Assembly (NCBI GenBank): GCA_012026655.1
Contig: JAAILG010000234.1
Location: 1-64,000 of the forward strand
Reading direction: 5' to 3'
DNA from: Hydrolagus affinis
Taxonomy: Eukaryota
DNA: 64,000 nucleotides
In this document: piece by piece, positions 26,528-40,498 of the stretch
How the letters are laid out: every line of letters starts with the position of its first letter
Numbering within the stretch: position 1 is the stretch's first letter
The notes under the pieces: generated by a model
The model's database searches: none
What the model was told of the DNA's origin: nothing
The model's input: only the letters and a program-made list of their open reading frames with translations
Position numbers and translations under genes: made by a program

Positions 26528-27245
26528 TTGAGCAGCAGAGTCTGAAAATGTAGTCACATCTGGTGACCAGGCCACTCTATTCATCACTGGACAAATAAAA
26601 AGCCTCATCTTAACAAATAGTTGTTGTAACCAGCACACTCAAACGACATTCCAAGGAAAAAGAAAACCAAAATGTAATTGTTTTAAGTCTGGAAACTTTA
26701 AGGTATTTTGAGTTAGCAAAGTTGTAGACTTGCACACCAGACACTTTCAGAAGCATAACTTTTCCAGGAATTTGTAAGATGTGTGTCTATAAATAGTCTC
26801 ATATGTTTCATGTAGTCAGTAATATGCTTGGCAAAAAATCAATAGAGCTGTTACCTTCTTTTGAAAATGATGACTTAGCATGCCATTGAAATGTTGTAAC
26901 ATAAACAACTGCACTTGCTTACAGCTGCAAAACACAAGTATTCTTAGAGATTTCTACAGGTTAATGAAAATTATATTTTTACATTTTTAACTGAATTAGA
27001 AGAGTCAAGGAAGTGGTTCTTAACCTTATGTTAACATTCTCTGTGATGTATTTTTGTACTCTTGGCTTCTTATTTCTTTTGATTTTGTCTTTTGATGTTT
27101 AAATATAATATGGCAATGGTAGCACAATACTAGAATTAGGATATTGCACACATTTGTTATAGCTTTACACTTGTTTTGTTTTGCGTTTCTTCAGACCTTG
27201 TGAAAATTACTGAACTAGTTAAATAAAAAGCCAGTTGAATTTGCT
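26528..27245 (+). other. MIPOL1: Probable MIPOL1 3'UTR with candidate poly(A) signals
   Basis: AATAAA at 26594-26599 and 27222-27227; the actual end is unknown. Confidence 0.45.
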
Positions 27246-27800
27246 GTTGTAAGTACGCTTTAGATATTTTTCAGTATGTGAGTTAAATTAGGAGGTGTGA
27301 GCACTCTTTCAGTTTTCTCTCAGCTGTCTGTGTTCTGTTTTTAATTCTGCATTGCTAGACATGAAAGACCTCTTTCACTTTTGAAATCCTCTAATAATAA
27401 TAAATAATCCTAGCATTTGATTTTGCACCTTAACACGTCTTTGAGACTCTATGGCCAGGATATTGCAGTAAACTTATTTGGAAGTAACTTTTTCTTCCAA
27501 CAGACATACCAGTGAGTAGCGGTTCATCCTATTAATTTAGGTGTAAGCTGTGTTGGCATGACAATGTGTACCAATGAAGCTGAGGATTGATTACTGGCAC
27601 TGTAGGGGCAACCTTGTTGATTTTGACAATGCTCTTCATGTTTAGGTTAGTGCCAAACTGCAGAGATTAGCTGTGCAAATGTGAAATCCCCTATTTCTGG
27701 GTCTTGTAACGGATTTAGTACTCACAAAACTGTGAAATAAAGATTTTTTTAAAATCAAAGCACTGTATAACATATTTGGAACTTGCTAACTAAGACACTC

Positions 27801-28103
27801 ATAATAGTAATAATAATCCTTGCATTTGATATAGCACTTTTCACATCTTCTCGACGTCGCAAAGCGCTTCACAATATACTGTAAAGTGAATTGACTGTAT
27901 ATTTGCTGGCGAAATATGGTAGCCAATTGGGCAAAACCATGTCCCACAAACAGTCGTGGATTGAAATGACCAATTTTTTTTTTAGGGATTATTATTAGGC
28001 CTGTGGAATAAGGAAACTTGCCCAAGGTTTCACCCTGCCTGGAATTGAACCCAGGTCTCTTACTTGTAAGGTGAGTGCTAGAACCACTGAGCTACAGGAC
28101 TCC
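27801..28103 (-). mobile_element. tRNA-derived SINE
   Basis: Reverse complement of the 10139 family. Confidence 0.9.
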
Positions 28104-28301
28104 ACACATGATCAGGCCATGCGTTGAAAATGGTTGCATTTGATACTGAATGGTGCAAGAATTTGTTTGAATTGGTCACCGCTGTATTGATTCTGTTATG
28201 TGAAGGTTTGAACTTCACTAAACAGTCCTAATTAAAAAGATGAGAAAGTCAAGGTATGTTTTTTTAAATGCAGAGCGCAGGTGTCAAATATCCAACTGAT
28301 A

Positions 28302-28440
28302 TTAATAATCTCGCATTTGATTTAGCACCTTATTACCTCTTTGAGACATCACAAGGCGCTTCACAGAATATACTGTAAAGTGAATTGATTATATTTTGTG
28401 GGCGAAATGCACGGCCATTTGCACACAGTAGCGTCCCAAT
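28302..28440 (-). mobile_element. SINE 3' fragment
   Basis: Tail of the same family ('gcatttgatttagcacc…gcttcacagaatatactgtaaagtgaattg'). Confidence 0.75.
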
Positions 28441-28462
28441 CGACGTATATATTAGATACTGT

Positions 28463-28779
28463 TAATAATAATAATCCTTGCATTTGATGTAGTGCTTTTC
28501 ACATCTTCTAGATGTCTCAAAGCACTTCACAGAATATACCGTAAAGTGAATTGACTGTATATTTGTGGACAAAACGTGGCAGCCAATTGCACACAGCAGT
28601 GTCCCACAAACAGTCGTGGATTGAAATGTCTAATTTTATTATTCGGTTCTTTTTTAGGGATGATTATTAGGCATGTGGAGTAAAGAAACTGTCCAAGGTT
28701 TCGCCCTAACCTGCCTGGATTCGAACATAGGTCTCACACTTGTAAGGCGAGTGCTTTAACCACTGAGTTACAGGACTCC
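28463..28779 (-). mobile_element. tRNA-derived SINE
   Basis: Reverse complement of the 10139 family, full length. Confidence 0.9.
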
Positions 28780-31700
28780 ACATTAATCGAATTTAACAGA
28801 CTCAAACAAAATCATGGAAAATCGTTATTTCCAGCTGGAGATGGAAAGTGCATGGTTTGGAGTCAGTGATTTGTAGATCATTAGTTATGTTTTTAAGTTG
28901 TATAAAGGTATTTGAAGAACTAATATAATGCTCCTTAATTTGCAGAAAAGGAAACCATATGGACTCTATGCTAGATAAAATACACATTAAATTAAAATTT
29001 ATAAACGTTACTGGGCTAATGCGATTTTTATTTGCTGTAACAAGAAATTTCGCTCTAACACATTTAAAGTGAAACATGCTTGAATAATGATAATCTAGGG
29101 TCAAAGGAGAAAATTAGTGCCTCAACTTGAGGTTATTGAGAGGTATTTATAAATTGGATTGTTACTGTACAAAACTACATTCTTCAGTCAATGTTCAACC
29201 TCAACAAATTTTATTCAGTGCCATTTAGAAAATTACATTCAATTTTTCAAAAATGTGATTACAATATTCACCAACAACAATATTTTGGAGATATTCGATC
29301 ACTCAGTAGGCTTTTTGTTTCCTATTATGTTTCCGACCACACTTCCCTTTCCAATGAGTAATATTCACAATATAGGAACGATCCAAAGTTTGTGTGTTGT
29401 GTGATGTGTCGTTTTTTTAAAAAAAAATAAGGTTTGTATGAAAATGATTACAATGATATCCATGTGTGTGGTACTGTATAAAATTGGGAAACATTTAAAA
29501 AATCAAATGAGCATCTGGGGGATGTTGGTTAATATAGGAAGGAGAGAATATGACAGTTGCAAATAAGGTTTAATGGGTAATAAAGCACACTTCTCAATTT
29601 TTGTTAGTTTATCTACCGCTGATTCTGCTGCAGGTTTTGTGATATTGGGACACGGGTTTAGCACAAAACCTCGCAAAACATTACCAATTTAATCAGCCAC
29701 AATATACTGTTAATTTGACAATCAATTATTTTAATACTAACAGACACCTAGTGAAGAAAATAGATACTTTGGAAAGGATAGCGAGAGGGGAGGGGGGGTG
29801 GGTGGGGGGAACAATTATCCATCAGTTTCTGGATGAGCCAAATACAAATGATTTGTCCCCAATTGTTTAAAAAGCTTCCTGAGAGGTTGACCTTTGGGTT
29901 ACCTCAAAATATGCACTTGCTATTATTTATTCACTGATCTGCGTGTTAGAAGATGGGATGTTATGAATGAAACCTGCGGCAGTTTATTGGTGTAATCGAT
30001 GTGAGAAATGTCTGGGTGCATCTGCACTACCTCCTGCTGCATTTGTGTATTATCAATACAAACATAACCATTGTATCCAGCTGAAGTCCAGACACATGTA
30101 TGTTTGTGTGTGTCTTTTGTGCAATGGTTCTCCAGTTGTTCATTTGAACTCGACAAACTTAGCGCCTTCCCTCAAACAAGTCTAAGATCAAACCTCTTGG
30201 TGTTTCTGAAATATTGTCCTGGCAAACTACAGTGCATCGAAACCCGCATTTTATTTAATACTGATACATACTCTAGATGGATTGTTTCAATCAACTAATA
30301 ATCTGCCCTAGCTGTATTCAGTATCGACCTTTAACAAGTATATACCTACATCACACGGTGCCAACGCTGACATGGCCTGGGTGCTTTTGGGTGGACGGCT
30401 TTGACTTTTTTTTGGCGGGTTTATAATGCAGCTACATTGACTTACAAATTAGATTTTTGTTCTTTTGTAAATCTCAAGTGCTTTCTCCTTCAATTTCACA
30501 AAGATAGAGTGTTCCAGATAACTGTAAAGTGGAGTCGGTGTGGCAATCAAGGATATATATGTGAGTGAGTGTGTGTGTGTGTACGTGCGCGCCAATGCTG
30601 TCTTTATTGGATCCCTCCTGAGATGTGATAGATAGTGTAAGTTTTTTGTTGTTGTGGCAGAGGCTGGCTGCTGAGAGTTCCTCCCCTTCAATGTTAGAAT
30701 CCACCTCCAACCGTAACCCTGGAGATGGCACAACCTGGGTGTCCTTTCTCTAAATCTGGAGTCCGACTGGATGTTTCCGAGCCTTTTCTGTTGTCGATAA
30801 TCCTCGTGCTGTCCAATAAATACATTGTCTCAGCTGTTCAGCTAACTTCAAAAGAGTAGTGACCAGCTGAAAAAAGTGTGGAGGGAGGATTTTTTTTTGT
30901 TGCTTTCCCTTTAAAAAGTTGCCGGTGTGGGCTGTATGTTAACGATCCTTGTTGCTTATACGACTTGGGGGCGAATTATTTCAGTGCATCGCGTTATATG
31001 GAAAGGGTTGATAAAGTGATAACGCCTCAATTGTTGGGGTCGCACGAGATTATGTTACATGCTTTACTTGTGCAACAAAAGAAGGTGAAGCCTGATTAAC
31101 CATTTTCAACCCCCCCCCCCCTCTTCCCTCCCCTCCCCCCCACCCCCAAAAAAAAGATGACGACACACAAGACTACAAAACAACTTTTATACGGTTTAAT
31201 TAAAAACGTGTTACTGCGACAAGAAAAGATGAATGCGTTCTGAGAAAGCGTGGCTGATCCGGTTGCTATAACGACAGTAAATCTTTTACGCTTGTTCCAT
31301 TAAACACACTCCCGCCAGCAGCCAACACCTGCCACCGCGGCAACCAAACTCGAGGAAAAACGTTGAACACTTTCAGCTCCATCGCGGTAACTTATTGCAC
31401 CGGTTGTGTTATATATCACGTTACTTACCGGCGGCAAAGAAATGCGCTTAACAAGTTGTCACTTTTTTTTCACACACACGGCTGTGGGAAGTGGGAAACT
31501 GCACCTTGCATTCCCAATCGCTGATAAATAAACCGAATCGTCGCATTCCCTAAAACTTCTACACTGAAGACGGTGAACGCCTGTGCAATGGAAATATATA
31601 TTGGATTTGGAGCCACCAGCATCAATCATCTCCTTACCACTGGTCGGTTCTGAACTCCATTGCAAGTCAAAGTCAAAAGGGACTTTTTCTTGGAAAATTG

Positions 31701-34700
31701 CAATTATGACACGTAACAATTCAGTGTTGTGCTTAGTTCATTGATTCCATCATATCTAATAGCTTAGATGCGCTTTCATATCGATAGCATCGCATCGTTT
31801 CACGTGGGCGCTGTTTTAAATGCCAGTGTTAAAGATAAGCTAGGTAGCTTGGCAATTGTGTCCCAGTAAAATACTCGATAGATGTATAACATCTCAGTTG
31901 TTAATTCGTCCGCATTTGGCAAAAAACCGCCTTTTTTCTCCGGTTCTGAAAATGTATATTATTATTGATATAAATTAGCGTTTAAAGCAGCCTTTCCTGC
32001 AGTGTGTCCCTCCTCCTGTAGAAACTTTTCTTTAAAGTTCTGATAAAAGAGCAGCTGCTCCCCGGGCAGATTTCGATAGAGACCTTCTCTTCTCTTTCTC
32101 CCAACCCCATTTTCCTTTGGGCTCTGAAGGGCATTTCTTTGCTCTTTTCGTTGGCCGAGCACAATTGTGTTATTGGAGATAATTAATTCAATCCCTATCA
32201 AAAGGTATTAACACGCCTTTGGACTGTAGTGGGTTTAAAAAGAGAAGAAAGAACACAAATACTAGCCGAGCAGCCACACTGATAGCTGCTTTGAAATGAA
32301 AGAGTTGGAGTATTGTTGTCGAAATTTTTGTCCATAAGGCACAAGAAAGAGCCGCGGCCTTTGATGGACATATGAGAAATGCCTCATAAGGAGAGCAACA
32401 AGTAACTCCAAAGACTTGGTTCTCCCTTCTCTCTGTAACTCTGTCCCCGGCTTTGCTGATAACATATGTCAGCTTTTAATACAGAATCCCTCCATCAAAT
32501 TACTTCTGCACCCAGACTGCGCTGGCATGGGAGGAAATGCTAATTTGGAGGAAAATCGCGCATTTGGCAACTCAAAATGGAAGGTAACCTGACAGTGAAG
32601 TTAGAGCAAAAAAAGACCATTAACAGTCCGGAGTTGGACTCCTGTATTTGTTGCTATACTTCTCTATGTTAATGCAACACTGATCAAGGCCTGTGGAGTC
32701 AAGAAGAATGATGTATTGCTCCCAACTCGAGACTTGGGACAAGGGAATAAACTACCTTTAACGGGAAACTGGACCAGGGGAGAGGCCCCTTTTGTAACAG
32801 ATGATATGGATAACTGATGCTGACACACATTTGGTAGAGGAGTGTTGAGAGGATGTTTTGGCACCATTGGAAATGTTCTGTAGAAAAATCAGATCCTTTT
32901 TAAAATATTTTTAAAAATATATGCTGTTTCCGAATGAATGCATGGATGTAAAAGTTACTTTAAAGCGAAGCATTCATTACAAGGCGACGAGATAGTCAGA
33001 GCGCCCAATGACTTTAGTTTAATCAACGATGGCCATAAAATAGATTCTGTAACTAAATGAGGAACACAATATGATGGTTGTGGATATCAAGGGTATCCTT
33101 TGCTGTGACCTTACAGTCAATGTCGAACCTTTGTTCAGAAAATCTGGATATTGACATCCTGATGGACTGACTGACCAATCCAATAGAGCTGCTCTCAGCC
33201 TGATAATCACACTGAAGGCAATAAACCGTGACTTCTCAACTCCATTTTCCATCTAGAAATCCGCAGTACAGTTACACAGATAACGCTGACAAATAGTTTT
33301 CGTTAACTTGAACAACCTTCCAAATAATATTATTCACAAATCGTTTTGTTTCCCCGTCAAACGCCCGGAACTTACTTTTGATTCGGAACGAATTAATACG
33401 TTGATTTTTAAAATATATATATATATTTAAATGGTTAAATAAAATACATGTAATAATTACCAATCGAAAATTGACCGACATGAACAAGAATAATAAAATG
33501 AGAGTGAGCCCATAATATACAGTATTTGTTTAAAACACGATAGGATCAATAAGCGCAGTATGAACCCGTGACGTAAATCAGACACTAACCAGATGAGTGT
33601 ACATCAGTTAAAGAAGGTTATACACAGATGTTAAGTATTTGATGATTTTTTTTTTGGGGGGGGGGGGGTGTGGGGGTGGGGGGTGGGGGGAGCTGCAGCC
33701 AAAACATCAACAAAATTACATTTGTATGGCGCCTTTCAACAGGACTAATCCTCTCATTGTTCTGAATACAGTGAGTTTTGTGTGTCTGTGTTCTGTTCAC
33801 ACGTTATTTCCAGGTTAAAATTCGTGTTTACCTTCCAGGAGAGCCAACAGATCAACAACAACAAGTTTTATTCAGCAATTACCACACAGAAGGAAATGCC
33901 TAATGGTTTCATTGATATTAGTAACTAACTGCCTAAACTCTCAGTCCCTGTGAAATGCGATGAATTCACGGCTGTGGATGTCAGAAACGAGATGGACTTC
34001 ATACGAGTTAACCAGGAGAGAAGGGGAAAAAAAAGATGAGTAAATATGTGAACTATCGGGCTTTTGCTGAAATCAGATCAACATGTCAAACAACGTAGCG
34101 TTTTCTTTTTCGTTTCTTGATATAACTGATACTGACCTGTGCTTTCAGTTCAGTTCAGTGTGTTTGTTTGTTTCCACCTTTTACAGATTGGCCGGTTCGT
34201 TAACCAGGTAGTGATTGTTCAATGCTGTCCCTGCCAGAGGTCAGGAAACATTGTTTATCTTGTCCAAAGTTCGTTGTTGAAAAGCTCTTGGCCCCAGTCT
34301 GGTGGATTAGAAGTCACGAAAGGGGGAGAAAAGAACAAGATTGTAGCCAGGATCTTGTGGGGGTAGAGCTGCATTGTCACTCTCTGCGTCTTATGTTATA
34401 TTTTTGGTCCCATGTTATAAATCCGAAGAATTGATCTTGGAAAATACACTACAGTTGTTTATTCAACAAAATGATCCGACTTTTCTCGAGATGTCTCTGC
34501 CTGGTTTATTTGGGGAAAGTTCAAAATGTACATTCGAGATTATTAGCATTTTTTGAAATAATACGTAACTCGTCTTTGTTTTCATTTCATCCAACCGAAA
34601 AATATATATTTTTTTTAGGGAGTGGGGGCTGCAGATTGGTTTGAAAGTCGTTTTCAACCGGCGCAGATGCGGTATTAATCCATTTTATTTTAAAGCAGAG

Positions 34701-36276
34701 AGATCCGCGAGTGCTGTGAGATTCAAAGGCCAACAAAAAAAAGTGAACAGACTTTCTCTTCGTTACACACACAATTATAAGGTAACGTGAGTAACGACTT
34801 CCATTAACATCAATTTTCAGCCCATAAGCACACGATCAAATCCCTGTTGAATTATGCTACTTATCGTCATACCTTTATATGCAATTACGTGAAGTAACAG
34901 GAAAAGATAATCAACTTATTTCCCCCCGCAGCTCTCCCCCGCAGACATTGCATAACCATGTCTAATCCTTTTTTAACCTTGTTTCAAGTAAGAAACCTAT
35001 TTTAACGTGACGCTCGACAGTAATAACAAAAAGACAATTAACACTGTTTTAATTTTGCCGTGTGTTTTCCGATGGCCTTTGGTGAGAGCTGCTTAGCTGG
35101 GAAACCCGTCGCAGTCCTCGGGGTGAAAACATCAGGGCTCGTTTTCACACTCAATTTCCAATCCGTCACACCTCAGTCTGACACATCGCAGTCTCATTTT
35201 GTTGTTGCTGATCCTAGTGAATCGGCAGACAATTCCCCCCCCCACCCTCGGCCCCACCTCTGCTGTGAAATGAGAGATCGATTTTGTTTTGTTTTTAAAT
35301 TGTAAAATAAAAAGGAAATTTATCGACTGAGAGTTGTTTTCTTTCACTGTAGCACAAACCTGTACAGAGGGAGTGTTCAGATTCATTAACGATGAGTTTA
35401 GCACCTCGCTTCACATGCGCTTATATTTGCCTATGTACAACCAGCCGACTTCTAAAACCATCAAGAACTTGTTTTTAAAAAAAAGTTACTGAAATTAGCT
35501 GAATAAAAGTTTTTTATTTTCATATTCCCAATTATACGAGTCAATTGATAAATGTAGATAGTCACAATGAAAACAAATCGAAGACTAGAGTTCGCTTTAC
35601 CTTGTCATTTTAGCCAAATAAATGTTTAATTTTAAATCCTACCTTACCCAGGCAGGCATGCTTTCCTTGAACGGCTATTGCCATTGTTTTAATCTCACAG
35701 TGTGTTAAACACAAGGCGCAGAATGTGATCAGAGGGGGGCTTTTATTTAGTTAAAACAAAAGGAATCCCGTCTTCTGAATCTGTCTGCTCCCTCGAAGGA
35801 AATAATTAACTTGGGGAAGCTTCTAGGTATCGAAATAATGGGTTAGAAATTAGGAAGAGATTCGGGTTGGAATACTAAGCATGTGAGGCAGAACCAAGTC
35901 CTAAATGCCACTAGGCCTTTAGTAAATACCGCAGATACATTATTATTCTTTTTTGTTTGACCATAACACTCAACACCAAAAGCCTCCTCAGGATAACGCA
36001 CCAATGCTCGTCAAACTCACCAAACTCACCCTTGTCTTTCTCATACTTTCTCGACAGTGTTCGCTTTAAGTCAAATCAAAACAATTACATGCATTCTGGT
36101 TCAAACCGCTACAAGAAAGAACATAATCCCGTCTATCCGTTCGCCAGCATTTACAGGCGCGTTACCTGAACGTGCACCGAGATCTCTGCAACTGTTTCAG
36201 GGGAAGTTTGAGGAAAGGAACTGGAAGGAAACCAAAACATACAATCCGACTAAACTAATCGCAAAATGCTGCCGGT

Positions 36277-36370
36277 GCTGACGATCTGAAACGTTAACTC
36301 ACTTTTCCTTTCTCCATAGATGCTGCCTGACCTGCTGAGCGTTCCCAGTCACCCCTGTTTTTGTTTCAAT
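36277..36370 (+). mobile_element. Partial Penelope-like-derived repeat
   Basis: 'ctgaaacgttaactc…ccatagatgctgcctgacctgctgagcgttcccag' matches the 8048-8245 repeat. Confidence 0.6.
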
Positions 36371-38735
36371 CCCACTAACTGTTCGGTTAATAATCCCGTG
36401 TGAAATAAACGTGTTTTCTTTTGCTAAATACAAACATGTAACCGAAACGTGAAATCAGAACGTGCTTCCGTCAGGTGATTGCAACGAAAGCACTCGGGTT
36501 CTTTCACTTTACAGTCGTTTTAACGTTGTTTATGCTACAAGGAGCGTGGACACTCACTCACCTTTATCTGTGTTTAATAGAAGCTGCCGATGGTTGTTGT
36601 AGGTGGGAATCAGGCGGGGATTCTGATGGGATCTGTATGTTTTCCCTGAAAGTCGGTCAGTTATGTTGATTTTAAGAGCAAAGGACAACAACGGCTCTAA
36701 TTTTATATTTACCCACGAAGCTGCCCTAAGTCTTGTTTCACCAACTGCACCCAGAGCAAAGTAAAACGGCAATGTGTTGCCTTAAGAAACAGTTTTTTAC
36801 TTTGTTCGGGTTTGCTAGTAGCATTGGAAGGACACGTACATAAAATGTGGACGCTTCATTGGAATGCAAGAAACTCCTTATATTTGCGATCCTTTCCTCT
36901 GTGGAATAAATGCTGCGGGGTAGTATTTTCCCCACATTCTAACGTTATCGTAAAATAAATAAAGAAACCCCAAAAATCAAATACAATGTAAATCCAATAA
37001 ATGAAACCTGCCCACAGTCATTGTGAACTGGAAGTGAGATGATGCAGGCAATTTATTTTCCAACGTTTAATGTGGGTGTATAAATACCAGAACTCGTAAA
37101 ATAATGCACTCGTTTCCTTCTTATTTACAATATTCGGTCAACGCTTGCTTCCCCCTCTAAAATGTTTCTATCGGGTTCGACATAAAAAGCGACCGCGTTT
37201 TCCGATTCTATACATTATAAATATTAATACTAACTAATCAAAGAAAGCGTGTTTTCTACAATTCAATGCTCGTGAAAAGACTGGATACGTTCTAGCAGGA
37301 AACCTTATTTATCAGTGACCTGTTACCATAGTCACATATCAAATGAAATATGGCGATTTAGTTGGTAAATGTTGATTATCACGCAGCCATCTGACCCGGT
37401 TTGAATATAAAATAGTCCACTTCAGATACCTGATCCAAGGGTAAAGTCCCAGTGTGTCAGGGCGCTGTCACATTGGAATTCCCTTGTACGGAATTCCTGA
37501 TCCATAACCGAATCTAACAAGTCTAAAAAAATGTGTGTTTTTAAATACCCGGTTCGTTAAACGTCAAACTCAGTCCCACGTTTCACCCCGACCAACAATA
37601 TACTTTAGAATAGTTAGAATTTGTGTAACGTGTGTGTGTCAAGCGTTCGTTCCACTTTTGCTGAGACAGGAGCTAACAAACTGTGTTACAACCAGTTACT
37701 ACTTGGTCCATTTTCTGCTGTGTATTTCGACTCAAATAACACTTTGGAACAAGGATAAATTGTATTAGGAAAACTGAGTTATTTCCGATCTCAGCTGCAA
37801 ATGCCATTACGTACAGAAATTAGATCATGAAGTTGTGATACTCAAGTTTCTCCTGTTGCAAAAACCTCTTCAATAAAATGGTTTCGGCTGGGTTTACATC
37901 CCTGTTACTCTCCCCTCAGTTTCGCACCACAGTTTTGTTTGGCCCATCGGGGGGGCAATTACACGATAATTAAGAGAATTTCACGGTTCCTCTTACACTG
38001 TGTGCGTCTCGCCAGCGATCAACGATCAAAGCGAAAGCCATTCATGTTCAAAATCCACTTGTGTGGGTCATAATTACAAACAAGTGTTTTATATGGAGAT
38101 ACAAAGAATGAAATTCTGTCCCGCGTTGTAGTATTCGGTGTGTGTCAATGTTACCAGCGGGACAAAGGAAGTTGGCCAAAAATCTTGATTTTCTCACACA
38201 CACACATAGTTTTCTGGATTTTGCATCCCCGAGTTAGACTTTATTTGCAATTGTTCGGCTGTGGGAATTGTTTCCCGTTTTCTGATCTGTGCAAATCGGA
38301 ACGAGTTTATTTATATTTAACACCACACTCGTGATTCCCCCATGAGTTTGGGGAACATTAAATACGGGTCAGTGAGGTGTTTGCTTCTGAAATAAAAAGA
38401 AATCCACGAAGAATGTAAGAATCGACGAAGAAAATGCTTCACCTTCAAAATGGTTACTTCAGATCATAAATAATGGGTGTAATTCCGCCACACAGCAGTG
38501 TACCTGTCAATTCCTTTAAATGTTGTGTGAAATGATATTATATCACATAACACACAAATCATTCTGAATTTGAATCCTGTACCAAGCTACAGAGTGAGGG
38601 AAGAGAGAGAAGTTCCACCAATTTTAACGGCGGGTTTCCAAATCAAATCCCATTGTCAGTCTCGTCAAAACATTGCAGACTGTTTACCGGTAATTCGTTT
38701 ACTTTTAATAACCCGACCTTTGAAATCTGGACATT

Positions 38736-38761
38736 GTGTGTGTGTGTGTGTGTGTGTGTGT
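38736..38761. repeat. (GT)n microsatellite
   Basis: Direct reading. Confidence 0.95.
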
Positions 38762-39449
38762 TTATGTCACTGACTCCAAGTCCACCTCAGCTGTCCATCG
38801 GTGCTCAGTTTGTGGTGGTCGGGTGGAGGGGGGGGGGAAGATTTCTGAAAGATTTGAACTCGTTCAAACTACATGGTCTGAAAAATACTATATTTTAATT
38901 TACAATTTAATTACCGGAAACAAAACAATTAGAGGAGGGTTGGGGGTGGTGGGTGGATTGTAAGTGTTAGAAAAATTCCAGGCCACGAGCAAGTACTTCA
39001 CTAACCACAGCAAATACTTGGTTCGCTTTTTGGGCTTCAGGGACACCCAACACGTTTAAAACCATCCCAATACAAACCATCACTTGAATGTTTGAAACTC
39101 CTTGTCCTTATGTACAACACATAGTAGTTGCGGTGATGAACATTGCATATCACATACGTATGTAATATGTAAATAGTAATGGTTGCTTTATTCGGGGATT
39201 TCTTTTGCTATAACTGTGTGTTGGGATATTAACATCAGGTCAGTGAAACCATTACAATTTTATTTTATGAAAGCCCTCAATTCAAAAAGTGCTGCATATT
39301 CCAAGGCATGTACCTTGGAATATGTACCGAAAACACCTGAATTCTTTCTTTTACACTTGGAAATAACAAAAGCAATTTTGAATCGTTTTTCGTTCCATAG
39401 CCAGAAGAGAGAGAAAGGACGATAAAGCCACCAGGTGAATTAACCTTTG

Positions 39450-40498
39450 TTTTTATTATTTTTCTCATCAAATCAAAATAATTTTATTCATTTCATAGAA
39501 TTACAATTACAAAAATTAACAACTTCTTTAAATTCCATTAATTTGCATTATTATGTTTTTTTAAAACAACTTAAAAACTAAAACGGGACCTAAATCATGC
39601 AATAAATTAGGCACATTGAGAAAGCCACGAGAACCCGTTCTGGCTATACTAACACCAACCAACATCTCTAGATAAGCTAAAAACAGGTGGGAAAGTGCAT
39701 TAACACTGAATGGAAATAGAGCTAAAAAGGCGCCGTGGAACCACAAAAGAGTAACTTCTCGAGTTTCCTGATGCAGGTAACAAACATATGGTTCATTTTC
39801 ACAATAAACCCACTTTTGTTTTTTTTAAAAAAAAGATTGCAACTGTTCTGTTGAAGAAATAAGCATGCAAAAAAAAAGGCCAGATATGTTCGTTCCTGCT
39901 TCACTCACTGAAACGGCACAGTGTCCAAAACAGGGATTTTTTTTTAAATAGGAGTTTCATAAAATTAACATTAAAAAGTCCCCATATACACCCCCGCTTT
40001 TCCCTCCTCTCCTCTCCTCTCCTCTCACGTACTAATTTGTACAGTTAATTTTTTGTATTGCCACAACTTGTAAACAGCCGTTGGAAATGTCGATTGGACA
40101 CGACGGGAGAAATACAGTTTAGCACAACTTATTCCTAAAAATTTGACAACAACACGCTCCCCACCCCCCTCCTCCCCCCCCCCCCCCAAAAGGACGCTCT
40201 GCAAAACGTTTGCGATATATATATATATATATATTTCCCGCGGAATATACAATCGTGATTGATCGCCAAACTTCTGCAGATACTTTACACTCCCACAATT
40301 ATTTGTGGTTTTCTTTATACATAAGATGTTAGAAAGTAACAGTCTTTTTGTGCACGAGAGAGACGTACACAACGAAGGTGTGGGTGTGTGTGTGTGTGGG
40401 AGGGGGGGTGGGGTGAGGGAAAGAGACAAGTGATGAAAAGTTTTACCTGTAATTAATTGAGTTGGTGTGTGTGTGTGCTTTGGTTGATGGGTGCAAGA
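39450..40498 (-). other. FOXA1: Probable FOXA1 3'UTR
   Basis: Lies downstream of the TAG; minus-strand AATAAA at 39483-39488 and 39452-39457; AU-rich, with several miRNA seed matches. Confidence 0.7.
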
